Shown here: positions 9,843 through 19,248 of the stretch, piece after piece | How the letters are laid out: each line of letters begins with the position of its first letter | Numbering within the stretch: the first letter of the stretch is position 1 | Assembly (NCBI GenBank): GCA_034430775.1 | Contig: DAOUDU010000248.1 | Location: 144,120-208,119 of the forward strand | Source of the DNA: Anaerolineales bacterium | GTDB taxonomy: Bacteria > Chloroflexota > Anaerolineae > Anaerolineales > RBG-16-64-43 | Direction of reading: 5' to 3' | DNA length: 64,000 bases | Position numbers and translations under genes: made by a program | The notes under the pieces: model-generated | What the model saw: only the letters and a program-made list of their open reading frames with translations | Databases searched by the model: none | What the model was told of the DNA's origin: nothing

Positions 9843-9870
9843 TTGACAATCGCTTTTCGATTAGTAGAAT
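9843..9870 (+). promoter_or_regulatory. near-consensus sigma70 promoter TTGACA-16-TAGAAT
   Basis: -35 at 9843-9848 and -10 at 9865-9870. It sits ~200 nt upstream of the GAF/HD-GYP start codon. Confidence 0.6.
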
Positions 9871-10076
9871 AGGTAGGAATGAGTTAGGCTGTTCGGCAAT
9901 ACTGAACGCAAACCTCAGGAGTATGGCCTATTAACTGCTGGGAAGCAAACATCCCGCGCAGGCGGGATCATTTCATCTCCTAGAGAAACGGGAACCTTAC
10001 TTTTTCGCCCGTGTGCCACAATTCAGAGCACGATATAGGGGTCAGGGGGGATCCTTTCTTGGGAGCCTGACCGCCC

Positions 10077-11684
10077 ATGCGCCTGATTCGTCGCCGCACC
10101 AAAGCCGCCCCTCCCTCAGACGTGTTGGACCGTATCGCGATTCTCCTCGCCGAATGCCGTACAGCTTCCACGCAAGAACAAATTGTCGAGCACGCCGTCG
10201 ATCTGCTCGTTCGATTGGTGCCATCGGATTCCATTCTCCTTCTCGGATATCCACCGGATACCCATTCGGTCAAGATCCTGCATGCCCGCGGAATTTGGGC
10301 ATCCCTGTCCGCGGAAAAAATCGAATGCGTCCGGCTACCGGACGGGTTGGACCCGGTCAGCCAAATTCGCGGGTTGCCGCTGGATAAAGGTCTGGAACAG
10401 GCGGGGACCATCCCGCTTCAATTGTGGAATTCACCGCTACGCGCCCGAGACCAAAGCCTCGGATCGTTATGGTTGGGACGCCAATCCTCCACGGTACTTG
10501 ATTTTTCAGCGGAGGATCGCCGGATCGCCGGGTTAATCGCCGATATCGTTGGTTGCGAACTTTATCAATTCCACCTTGATTGCCGGTCGGAACGCCTCCA
10601 CACTCAGCTCCAGACAATGCGCTCGGTGGAACGCGCCATTACCAGCAGCATGGATCTTTCCGTCACCCTAAATCTGTTTTTGGATATCGTCGTTCGGCAA
10701 GTTCGCGCGGATGCCGCCTCGGTCCTCCGTACGGATACCCACGGCCGTGAGATGACGTTGGCGGCGTTCAGAGGATTTCGCAATAGCAACCGTCCACAAT
10801 CCAGATTCCGCCTTGATCACAGCCTGGCTTCCCAGGCCGGGTTGCAACGGAAAACGGTCTTTCTGGAAGGGAAAAATCCCGGTGATCCCGCACTGGAAAA
10901 CCAACCGCTGATGAAGGAAGAGGAATTTATCGCATACTCCGCCACACCGCTGATTGCGCATGGCCGGGTCCGCGGTATCCTTGAAGTCTTCCACCGGACC
11001 GCTCCGGATCCTGCCCTTGTCCGGGCCGATCTTCTGGAATCGCTCGCCCTACAGGCGGCAATCGCCATCGAGTGTGCCGACTCTTTTCACAAACTCCAGA
11101 AAACGCGTTCCGACCTGGCGATGGCATGTGACTCGATGATCGAGGGGTTTTCCCGCGCCGTCGATCTGCATGCCCGGGAGGCGGAAGGGCACAGCCTGCG
11201 GGTATCGGAACTTTCTATCCGGACCGCGGAGAAAATGGGTGTAACACCGGATCAGATGCCTGCACTCCGCCGGGGCGCACTCCTGCACGATATCGGCAAG
11301 ATCGGCATACCCGACCGGATCCTCTGGAAACCCGAAGCCCTCAGCGATGAAGAATGGCAGTTGATGCGCCAACATCCGAAGTTCGCCGAGCAGGTCCTTG
11401 CGCCGATCGAATTCCTCCGCTCGGCGATGGATATCCCGAAATTTCATCACGAATGGTGGGACGGCGGCGGATACCCCTATGGATTATCGGGTGACGACAT
11501 TCCGCTTCCGGCTCGTATCTTTTCCGTTATCGACGTTTGGGATTCGCTGCAGGCGCAACGGCCGTTCCGCGAACCATGGAACGCCGCGGCTACGGCAGAC
11601 TATCTTCGACAGGCTTCCGGGCGGCAATTTGATCCGGAGGTTGTGAGGATATTTATGCAAATCCTGCGCGAGTCTGAAAGATAA
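10077..11684 (+). CDS. GAF domain / HD-GYP domain protein (putative c-di-GMP phosphodiesterase)
   Basis: C-terminal HD-GYP signature: HDIGKIGIPDRIL ... HHEWWDGGGYPYGL. The N-terminal ~330 aa are GAF-like. Confidence 0.88.
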   Translation: MRLIRRRTKAAPPSDVLDRIAILLAECRTASTQEQIVEHAVDLLVRLVPSDSILLLGYPPDTHSVKILHARGIWASLSAEKIECVRLPDGLDPVSQIRGLPLDKGLEQAGTIPLQLWNSPLRARDQSLGSLWLGRQSSTVLDFSAEDRRIAGLIADIVGCELYQFHLDCRSERLHTQLQTMRSVERAITSSMDLSVTLNLFLDIVVRQVRADAASVLRTDTHGREMTLAAFRGFRNSNRPQSRFRLDHSLASQAGLQRKTVFLEGKNPGDPALENQPLMKEEEFIAYSATPLIAHGRVRGILEVFHRTAPDPALVRADLLESLALQAAIAIECADSFHKLQKTRSDLAMACDSMIEGFSRAVDLHAREAEGHSLRVSELSIRTAEKMGVTPDQMPALRRGALLHDIGKIGIPDRILWKPEALSDEEWQLMRQHPKFAEQVLAPIEFLRSAMDIPKFHHEWWDGGGYPYGLSGDDIPLPARIFSVIDVWDSLQAQRPFREPWNAAATADYLRQASGRQFDPEVVRIFMQILRESER

Positions 11685-11693
11685 ATAATACTT

Positions 11694-11784
11694 CCACGAA
11701 GAACACGAAGAGCAACCTGAAGCACGCGAAGGTTGTTCTCAATAGATCCTTCGTGCACTTTAGGTTTTTCCTTCGTGTTTCTTT
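11694..11784. repeat. family-1 inverted-repeat element, copy A (convergent-gene junction)
   Basis: Left arm CCACGAAGAACACGAAGAGCAACCTGAAGCACGCGAAGG. Right arm CCTTCGTGCACTTTAGGTTTTTCCTTCGTGTTTCTT. The arms are imperfect reverse complements around a 15-nt loop. Confidence 0.6.
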
Positions 11785-11790
11785 ATGTGA

Positions 11791-12462
11791 TCAGGCTTTC
11801 TTCTTTCCCAATTTAGATGCCAGTGTGTCGAGCATGGATTGGTGGACCACCGCCAGCACTTCGTCGGATTCCTGAAGCACGGTGGACCCATGCGGGAGAA
11901 TCAGGTCGCCCTTGCGGATGATAGCAACCAGAACACTTTCGATAGGGAGCCCGAGATCCCGGATGGCTTTGCCGTTGGCTTCCGATCCCGGATGGATTTT
12001 CTCTTCCACCAGCGAATAAGCGCCCTTACGAAGCTTAATTAACGTCATCATATCGCCGAGCGACATCTCCTCGGCGATCAGCCGCGCCATCATATCCGCC
12101 TGGCTGATGGCCACATCCACACCCATCTCCGGCGTGAAAAGCCAGCCGTTTTTAGGATTGTTCACGCGCGAGATTACCCGCGGTACATGGAATTCGAATT
12201 TGGCGATGGTGGTTATCACCAGATTGGCTTCATCCTTGTCGGTAACCACAGCCAATACGCCGGCCTTCGCAATACCCGCCTGTTCGAGCGTGGCGGGCGC
12301 GCTCATCTCTCCGAATACAACCGTTCCTTCCGGCAGTTCCTTGTGCAGCTGTTCGATTATCTCCATCCGGTCATCCACAACCCGCACGGTATGCCCGCCT
12401 TGCAGGAGGATATTGGCCAGATGCGAACCGACCTTGCCGCCGCCGACGATGATAACGTTCAT
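11791..12462 (-). CDS. RCK protein, TrkA-N + TrkA-C (KtrA/CeoC-like)
   Basis: MNVIIVGGGKVGSHLA Rossmann start and a C-terminal TrkA-C-like half. 4-nt overlap with the upstream RCK gene. Confidence 0.88.
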   Translation of the reverse strand: MNVIIVGGGKVGSHLANILLQGGHTVRVVDDRMEIIEQLHKELPEGTVVFGEMSAPATLEQAGIAKAGVLAVVTDKDEANLVITTIAKFEFHVPRVISRVNNPKNGWLFTPEMGVDVAISQADMMARLIAEEMSLGDMMTLIKLRKGAYSLVEEKIHPGSEANGKAIRDLGLPIESVLVAIIRKGDLILPHGSTVLQESDEVLAVVHQSMLDTLASKLGKKKA

Positions 12463-13124
12463 GCCTGACCTCCTTCACCAATCCCCAGCAGTTGCTCGAA
12501 CCGGTCCATGGATTCGGCCATTACGGCATAATGGATCAAATCACCGGGCCGAATCTCCGTCCCGAGGACGGGTATGAACGCCTTATCCTGGCGCGTGATT
12601 GCCACGACGGAAATCTCACCCGGAACGACGACAGCATTGACCGCCCGTCCGATTAGCGCCAGCGATGCCTCAAGTGAGAACAAGGTTACTTCGCCGCTGC
12701 CGTAGGTACCACGGGCGTCCAATTCAGAGTGGGTAAGCACTTCCCGGATGCGTTCGGCCCCCCATTCCGTAGAGGAAATGGTGGAAAGCCCCAGCCGGCG
12801 GTAGATTTCCGCCTGCTGCGGATCATACAACCGTGCGACAACCCGCGGTACATGGAAAATATTGCGGGCAATCCGCGCTGCGACGATGTTGGCATTGTCG
12901 GAATCGCTTGTGGCGGCAAATGCATCCGCCTGTTCTATCCCCGCCCGGATCAGCACGTCCCGATCAAATCCCACCCCGATCACGATGGTCCCGTGGAAAT
13001 CCCCCCCAAGTTTTTGGCGGATGTTTTCATCACAATCGATGACGGTGACGTCATGGCCGTCTTGTGACATCAGTCGGCTGACCTCCGCCCCAACCCGTCC
13101 GCATCCCATGATAATCGTCTTCAT
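12459..13124 (-). CDS. RCK protein, TrkA-N + TrkA-C (KtrA/CeoB-like)
   Basis: MKTIIMGCGRVGAEV...GFDRDVLIRAGIEQADAFAATSDSDNANI closely resembles actinobacterial CeoB/CeoC as I remember them. Confidence 0.88.
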   Translation of the reverse strand: MKTIIMGCGRVGAEVSRLMSQDGHDVTVIDCDENIRQKLGGDFHGTIVIGVGFDRDVLIRAGIEQADAFAATSDSDNANIVAARIARNIFHVPRVVARLYDPQQAEIYRRLGLSTISSTEWGAERIREVLTHSELDARGTYGSGEVTLFSLEASLALIGRAVNAVVVPGEISVVAITRQDKAFIPVLGTEIRPGDLIHYAVMAESMDRFEQLLGIGEGGQA

Positions 13125-13158
13125 GAGTCAATCCTTTCATATGCCTTTCGGCAATGGA

Positions 13159-15987
13159 TCAATCGCCCCCCGATCGCAGGGGGAAGAACTTTTCCCGGGT
13201 TCGTGAGATAAATCCGCCGCGGACCACGGTTTTTCGTATTTTTTCCAGTATGTACACCGCCGGACCGAACAATACCAGCAGCGCCCAGAATACCGGGGGT
13301 ATAGGGAGAAACTCAAATAAATTTCTGAAAAATGGAACGTAGATCAACACAAGGATCAACGCTATTTCCGATGCCACGCCGAGCAGAAGCAGCCGGTTGC
13401 TCAGGTAGCCCAATCCGCTCACCCGTTCGCGGCTTGTCCGGCAGGCAAACGCATTTCCGATCTGGCACGAAACCACCCCGGCAAGATAGACGGACGTGGC
13501 CAGTATGTACGTCCGGCCGGAGACCGTGCCCAGGAGATCTGCGTAGGGGAACCACATGGGTTGCAGGAGTTCTCCCCGCCAATTTGCCGGATTCATCCAA
13601 TAATACACGAAAAAGAATCCAAGATAACACAGCATGGTCTCAATTACCCCAAGCCATAAGCTGCGGCTGATAACCTCCCGGTCCAGCATCGGGTGATCAC
13701 GATTGCGCGGTGGACGGGCCATCACGTCGGGCTCCGGCCGCTCACTTCCCAGCGCCAGCGCCGGAAGCAGGTCGGTTCCCAGGTCGATGGCGAGGATCTG
13801 GACGACGGTCAGCGCCATGGGAATGTCGAAAACCGCCGCGAGGATGAGCGGGATCATTTCCGTGACGTTACTTGCGAAAATGTAGGTGGAAAATTTTCGC
13901 AAGTTGTCGAAAACGGTGCGGCCTTCCTCCACGGCCCGGGCTACCGCGCCGAAATTATCATTGGTGAGGATCAGGTCCGCCGCTTCGCGCGCGACGTCCG
14001 TACCGCTGATCCCCATCGCCACGCCGATATCCGCCTTGCGCAGGGCAGGCGCGTCGTTCACACCGTCTCCGATCACCGCTACCACTTCCCCCCGATCCTG
14101 GAACGCCGATACCAGCCGCAGCTTGTGCTCCGGAGCCATGCGCGCGAAGATGACCTCTTCCCGAAGCAGCACCTGCAACTGGGCATCGCTCAATTGATCC
14201 AGTTCCGCGCCGGTGAGAATCCGCGGGGTTTCCGTGGTTAGCATGCCGATGCGGCGCGCCAGGGAATCCGCCGTCAGCCCGTAATCCCCGGTGATCATTA
14301 CCAAACGGATGCCGCCTTTTTTAAAGTGTTCGATCGCCTCGGCCACTTCCGGACGTGGCGGGTCCATCATCGCCGCAAGGCCTAAAAACACAAGGTTGCT
14401 TTCGACGGATTCGGAAGAATAATCCGATCCGGCGCCCGTCCGCGGCGGCAGGATTCGATAGGCGAGCGCGAGCACCCGCAGGGCTTTGCGGGCGTACCCG
14501 TCGTTGGCCTCCAGAATTCGCATCCGCAGTTCCTGGTCCAGCGGGCGGTCTTCCCCATCGATCCGGATGTGCGAGCACAGATGCAGGACTTCGCGCGGGG
14601 CGCCCTTCACCAGGGCTACCTCGTCGCCGCTGTGCTGGTGGATCGTACTCATACGCTTTCGGCGGGCATCGAACGGGATCTCATGGATGCGCGGATATGC
14701 TGATCCCGCATCCGCATCGTCCACACCTGCCTTTAATGCCAAGACGCGCAGCGCCGCCTCGGTTTGATCGCCGAGGTAAGTCCATTTCGGCTTTTCCCGG
14801 GTGGGGGGCTGCAACCGGGAGTTATTGCAGAGCGTAGCGGCGGTAAACAGTATCCGGAGGTCTTCCTTTGCCGGGCCGGCCGGGGCAGGGATGCATTCTC
14901 CCTTCGGCGCATACCCCGAGCCGGAAATCCGGTAGCGGCGATCGCCCGCCCACACTTCACGGACCGTCATCTGGTTCTGGGTGAGGGTCCCGCTTTTATC
15001 CGTGCATATCACAGACGTGGTTCCGACCGTTTCCATCTTTGCGAGGCTTTTTACCAGCACGCCGTGACGCGCCAGGCGCTGGACGGCGATGGCGAGGGAA
15101 AGCGTTAGGGTGGGAACGAGGCCTTCCGGAATAACCGCAACAATGATCCCAAGCGCCAGCAGAAAAGCGCTGAGCCAGGGTACGCCTTCCTGCATCACAC
15201 CCCAAGCGAAAGATAGTGCGCCGATGCCGAGTGCCATCAGCGTGAAGGTGCGCGTGATCCGGTGCATTTCTTTCTGCAGCCGGCTTGCCCGCACCGGAGT
15301 CTCCTGCGTCAATCGTGCGATGCGGCCGAATTGGGTCAGCGAGCCGGTGGAGTAGACCACCGCCCGGGCGGTTCCGGAGGTGACCGATGTACCGGCAAAG
15401 ACCAGGTTCGGCCGCTCCACTTCTGTAAGCTCATGACGCGCAGAGGCTTCGGCGGATTTCCGGACCGGCAGTGCTTCACCGGTCAGCGGGGCATTATTAA
15501 CCCGCAATCCGAATTCCTCCACCACACGCGCATCGGCGGGGATGTTATCCCCTTCGGCCAAAACGAGAATATCGCCCGGAACAATTTCCTTCGCGGCCAG
15601 GCTGGATTCCGATCCCTCGCGAAGCACCCGCGCATAATCGGGAAGCAATTTCTCAAGCGAGGAGATGGCACGTGTTGCGCGCGATTCCTGCCAGAAGGAA
15701 AAAGCGGCATTAACCAGGACCACAACCCAGATGACAACTCCCAGAATCCAGCGGCCGCCGATAACGGCGGCCAAACCGGCGACCAGCAACAGGATCGCCA
15801 TCGGATGCGAGAGTTGGGCAAGCAGGCGTTGATATTCGAGGGAGACGGGTTTTATAACATGCAGGTGGTTGGTTCCGTAGAGGGCAAGCCGGGAGTCGGC
15901 TTCTGCGGCGGATAAGCCCTCCGGGCCGGTTTCTAAAGCGGTATAAACGTCAGACGGGCGGAGAGAATGAATGGGTGTGGAAGGCAT
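13159..15987 (-). CDS. P-type (P2-like) cation-transporting ATPase
   Basis: Motifs ICTDKSGTLT, TGDYGLTA, GDGVNDAPAL and the TM4 motif IPEGL. 942 aa. Confidence 0.92.
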   Translation of the reverse strand: MPSTPIHSLRPSDVYTALETGPEGLSAAEADSRLALYGTNHLHVIKPVSLEYQRLLAQLSHPMAILLLVAGLAAVIGGRWILGVVIWVVVLVNAAFSFWQESRATRAISSLEKLLPDYARVLREGSESSLAAKEIVPGDILVLAEGDNIPADARVVEEFGLRVNNAPLTGEALPVRKSAEASARHELTEVERPNLVFAGTSVTSGTARAVVYSTGSLTQFGRIARLTQETPVRASRLQKEMHRITRTFTLMALGIGALSFAWGVMQEGVPWLSAFLLALGIIVAVIPEGLVPTLTLSLAIAVQRLARHGVLVKSLAKMETVGTTSVICTDKSGTLTQNQMTVREVWAGDRRYRISGSGYAPKGECIPAPAGPAKEDLRILFTAATLCNNSRLQPPTREKPKWTYLGDQTEAALRVLALKAGVDDADAGSAYPRIHEIPFDARRKRMSTIHQHSGDEVALVKGAPREVLHLCSHIRIDGEDRPLDQELRMRILEANDGYARKALRVLALAYRILPPRTGAGSDYSSESVESNLVFLGLAAMMDPPRPEVAEAIEHFKKGGIRLVMITGDYGLTADSLARRIGMLTTETPRILTGAELDQLSDAQLQVLLREEVIFARMAPEHKLRLVSAFQDRGEVVAVIGDGVNDAPALRKADIGVAMGISGTDVAREAADLILTNDNFGAVARAVEEGRTVFDNLRKFSTYIFASNVTEMIPLILAAVFDIPMALTVVQILAIDLGTDLLPALALGSERPEPDVMARPPRNRDHPMLDREVISRSLWLGVIETMLCYLGFFFVYYWMNPANWRGELLQPMWFPYADLLGTVSGRTYILATSVYLAGVVSCQIGNAFACRTSRERVSGLGYLSNRLLLLGVASEIALILVLIYVPFFRNLFEFLPIPPVFWALLVLFGPAVYILEKIRKTVVRGGFISRTREKFFPLRSGGD

Positions 15988-16048
15988 AGGAAGCCGCTAC
16001 AACGGCCGGTGAGGCTGCCGCAGGAACAGATATCTGCGCCAAAAGACG

Positions 16049-17872
16049 CTACACATCGTCATCCGGACCTGCGGTTTCCTTGGGTTTGCCACCGACCCGC
16101 GGTTCGGGCGGGGGCTTGCTTTCGAGGTATTGTTCCAGAAAGGATGAGCCTTCACCGGCATCCCGGTACACGGCTTTCTCATAATCGCCGGCGGCGACTG
16201 GACGTTCAAATCGCACGGGACGGCGGACGCCGAATAATTCCGCAAATCGACTGATGAGGACAAGCAGGTTATATCGGTATTCCTGAGCCCGCAGGGATTG
16301 CCATTCGACCATATTGCCCATCGGACCGTGGACGCGCGATTTTTCTCTTATGATCCTATGAATCTGCTCCGGAGGTCGGTAGCCTACCGGTGAAAGAAGA
16401 ATCGCATGGGCAACGAGAATGAGGATTCCAAGGGAGATCAATACAGCCCATCCGCCTTCCTCCCATTTTCCCACGATTTGTCCGACGAAGATAAGGGCGG
16501 AGAGGGCGGCCGCGAAACCGGCGGCCAAGCTGCCCCATTTCCGGCGACGGCCTGTGGAATTCTCAAGGATATGCTTGCGGATGGCCAGTCCCATCGCCAT
16601 GATGGGCAGAAATACACCGACACCATAATAGGGAACCGCCGAGGAAACCCGGCCTTGAACCAGGAAGAGGATCAGGATGGCCACAATCGCTGCAGCGGTG
16701 ACCGGTCGCGTGAAGGTTCCCTTCGGATTACGATACACCACAATCTCTGGAATCTCCCCGATAGCCACGTTCCGCCAGGCCATCGCCTGCAGGTCCTGGT
16801 AGGCCGTCATGGATGCCGCAGCCAGAAGGATCACTGCAAGGATCTGATACGCCCAAAAGAGAATGGTGCCATTGGGGACAACACCGAACCCGATAAAGGC
16901 AAGATTACCCACCAAGCTCCGGCCGTAGGTCCCGTCAAAAACATTAAAACGGATGGAAAAGGTTGTTAGGAGAAGTGTCGTCAATCCGCCGTAAAAAAGG
17001 AACGAGGTCTGCACAAACCGGCCGATACCGGATTTCCCGCTGTAGAAATTCCAGAGGCTTTTCAGCCGCGGCAGCTGCTTCTTGCCCCATCGAACGATCC
17101 CCGCATCCTCGTCAATCACAAATTGAATGCCATCCGACATGGCCTCCAAACCGGTAAGCGCCACCAGACCCTTCATCGAGGCGGTCAACATATGGTACAT
17201 CGCTTCCAGAAGGGATGCGGATTTCTGTTCCACCAGATTCGGAGCCGCAAGGTAACCGTTGGAGTGAGCGAACAGCAGGCCCATGGTCATAACAACGGTA
17301 AGCAGAACGAAGGTGGCCAGCATGATGAAGACCACTTGGGCTGATTCTCCGCGGCCGCGAATCGTGATAAACCAGGTAATGGCCACGATGACAATCCCGA
17401 TCAGCACATGCCAAATCCACGCGATCCCCGTGGCATCCCGGAGCGACAGCAACTGATCGACGCCTGAAAGACTGGATACCACAATGGTGAAGATGTAATC
17501 CTGGATCAGCACGACGGCAACGATCAGGCTGAGCGAGGGGCCCAGATAGCGCATCGCCGCGGTAAACGAACCGCCGCCTTCTCTAAAAACACCCAGCGAG
17601 TACATGTACAGGGCGCCAAAAATGAAGTTGGCCAAGGCAATGACGACTACCGGAATATAACCGTACCGCTCCAGGCCATACGGATGCAGGGCGCTCATCA
17701 TCTCGCCTGTGGCGTAGTAATACGAGGTGAAATAATCCACCCCGAAAAGTGCCACCGCCGCCAGCAGGCCGATTTGACCCGCGCCGTGGACATGCGCATC
17801 TTCCTTCCGCTCGCGCGGCGATAGGCGGTAGGCGATGAAGAGAAAAACGATCAACATCAAAATGGGTATCAT
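16049..17872 (-). CDS. APC-superfamily permease, KimA (YdaO)-like putative K+ transporter
   Basis: GGGSFTAAMRYLGPSLSLIVAVVLIQDYIFTIVVSSLSG and MKGLVALTGLEAMSDGIQF align with the B. subtilis KimA segments GGGAYIV...LLVDYILTVAVSISAG and SSGCSALTGVEAISNAIP, as I recall them. Start ATG 17872 (MIPILML) is preferred over GTG 17953, which would overlap the upstream gene by 40 nt. Confidence 0.8.
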   Translation of the reverse strand: MIPILMLIVFLFIAYRLSPRERKEDAHVHGAGQIGLLAAVALFGVDYFTSYYYATGEMMSALHPYGLERYGYIPVVVIALANFIFGALYMYSLGVFREGGGSFTAAMRYLGPSLSLIVAVVLIQDYIFTIVVSSLSGVDQLLSLRDATGIAWIWHVLIGIVIVAITWFITIRGRGESAQVVFIMLATFVLLTVVMTMGLLFAHSNGYLAAPNLVEQKSASLLEAMYHMLTASMKGLVALTGLEAMSDGIQFVIDEDAGIVRWGKKQLPRLKSLWNFYSGKSGIGRFVQTSFLFYGGLTTLLLTTFSIRFNVFDGTYGRSLVGNLAFIGFGVVPNGTILFWAYQILAVILLAAASMTAYQDLQAMAWRNVAIGEIPEIVVYRNPKGTFTRPVTAAAIVAILILFLVQGRVSSAVPYYGVGVFLPIMAMGLAIRKHILENSTGRRRKWGSLAAGFAAALSALIFVGQIVGKWEEGGWAVLISLGILILVAHAILLSPVGYRPPEQIHRIIREKSRVHGPMGNMVEWQSLRAQEYRYNLLVLISRFAELFGVRRPVRFERPVAAGDYEKAVYRDAGEGSSFLEQYLESKPPPEPRVGGKPKETAGPDDDV

Positions 17873-17913
17873 AATGGATCTTTTTATGCGAGAAGTGTCA
17901 TGGAAGCCGCGGT

Positions 17914-19023
17914 TTACTTTCGCGCCGATTGGAATGCATCTTCCAGTGTGCACAATTCGGCAAGGATGTGATTGCGGGTCGAGCCGCTTAGCCGGGTATC
18001 CTGGGCGACCTTTACGGATTCTTCCTGTGCGGCAAGGACGACGAACGCCGGAACGAACATGATCCGGCCGGCCGGGATGACTTCAAAGGGATAATCCTTC
18101 ATCCGCAGGCTTTGGTCGTCGAAATAGGGCAGGGAGATCGAGAGGCCGCGGTTCATATCCCCGGCGGCGGCCCGCCGTTTGATCGTCCGGATGATTTCCT
18201 CTGTTTGAAAAACAGCCAGTGCACGCCCCTGGTTGACCAGCTGGCCGAGCATGCCGTAGCGCTTGCGTTGATATTCCCCATCGGCTACAAAGTACGCCGC
18301 CAGGCCAACCGCCGTGTGCAGAACTTGCAGGAAATGCTGCATCGAGGCGATATTGGCTTCCGCTTCGGCCACGCCGCCCACCAGAAGCTTGCCGTTTTTA
18401 TCGAAGGCAATCCACTGGGGCAGGAAGAACCGGCGCGCGTATGGGACAAAGGGAACCTGAAGTGCGCCGCGGTTCTGTTCCACTCCGCCTTCTTCGACGA
18501 TGGCATCCGTCGATTCGGTGATGGCGGACTCGATGTCGGGCAGAGAGGGATCCGGCTCGGAGGGAATCTCTTCATCATCGCGGGCGATGTATTTGACGGA
18601 TCGGCCGCCGGGAAGCATTTGGCTTATCATGTGGCGGCAGGTTGCGAAACGCAGCACGCCGGCCGCAACGGCAATTCCCGATCTGGGCTTTTGTTCCAGT
18701 TCCTTGAAGCGCGCCCGCAATACCACTGTTAAGTCGGTGCGGGTCAGCCGGTCGACCAATCCACCGGCCATTTGCTCCCGTTCCTCCGCTGGGATGTTTT
18801 CCGTCTTGCCGGTATTGGAATCAACCACAACTTTATCGGGAAGCGAGAAACGGACCTGGGAGGGTTTCTGCAACAGCGTCTCCGCCAGCGACCGCGCTTG
18901 TGATTCGAAGTAACGCTGGAGCAATCCCGGCTGGGCATCGAACAATTGTTGTTGAGTGTGGTACTCCCTTTGGAGAAATTCCGTCGATTTATCGATCCGG
19001 GATGAATGCTGTTGTTCCGCCAT
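17914..19023 (-). CDS. hypothetical soluble protein, 369 aa, first gene of the cation cluster
   Basis: Long ORF with coding-like composition. No TM segments and no motif I recognise. Confidence 0.75.
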   Translation of the reverse strand: MAEQQHSSRIDKSTEFLQREYHTQQQLFDAQPGLLQRYFESQARSLAETLLQKPSQVRFSLPDKVVVDSNTGKTENIPAEEREQMAGGLVDRLTRTDLTVVLRARFKELEQKPRSGIAVAAGVLRFATCRHMISQMLPGGRSVKYIARDDEEIPSEPDPSLPDIESAITESTDAIVEEGGVEQNRGALQVPFVPYARRFFLPQWIAFDKNGKLLVGGVAEAEANIASMQHFLQVLHTAVGLAAYFVADGEYQRKRYGMLGQLVNQGRALAVFQTEEIIRTIKRRAAAGDMNRGLSISLPYFDDQSLRMKDYPFEVIPAGRIMFVPAFVVLAAQEESVKVAQDTRLSGSTRNHILAELCTLEDAFQSARK

Positions 19024-19248
19024 ATGTACCCCGCCTTTTTATCTGTGCGCTGACTGAACCAATTATCGCGAATCTTCCTTACCTGGACGCACTTGGTGAT
19101 CGCGCCGCGCCCTTGGTTGTCCCAATGTCGTAACCAGTGAGCCTGTCTGGAGAGATTTCAGTAATAGCGGCGCCGGAGAAATCATGCGGTGGTGCAAGCA
19201 CTTACTTCCGATCCGTTCGCTACCCGCCGGTGATAGGCACGAAGGCGG

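Noticed and set aside
16240-16290. CTGATGAG hammerhead-like core.
   Set aside because: It lies inside the permease coding region, with no matching GAAA/stem III partner nearby.
19024-19248. c-di-AMP (ydaO/kimA) or M-box riboswitch in the leader of the cation cluster.
   Set aside because: I looked for the conserved blocks. Only scattered partial similarities were found (ACGGATCGGAAG, GGGACAACC, GACAGGCTCAC), and they are in the wrong order. I kept the leader only as an unclassified candidate.
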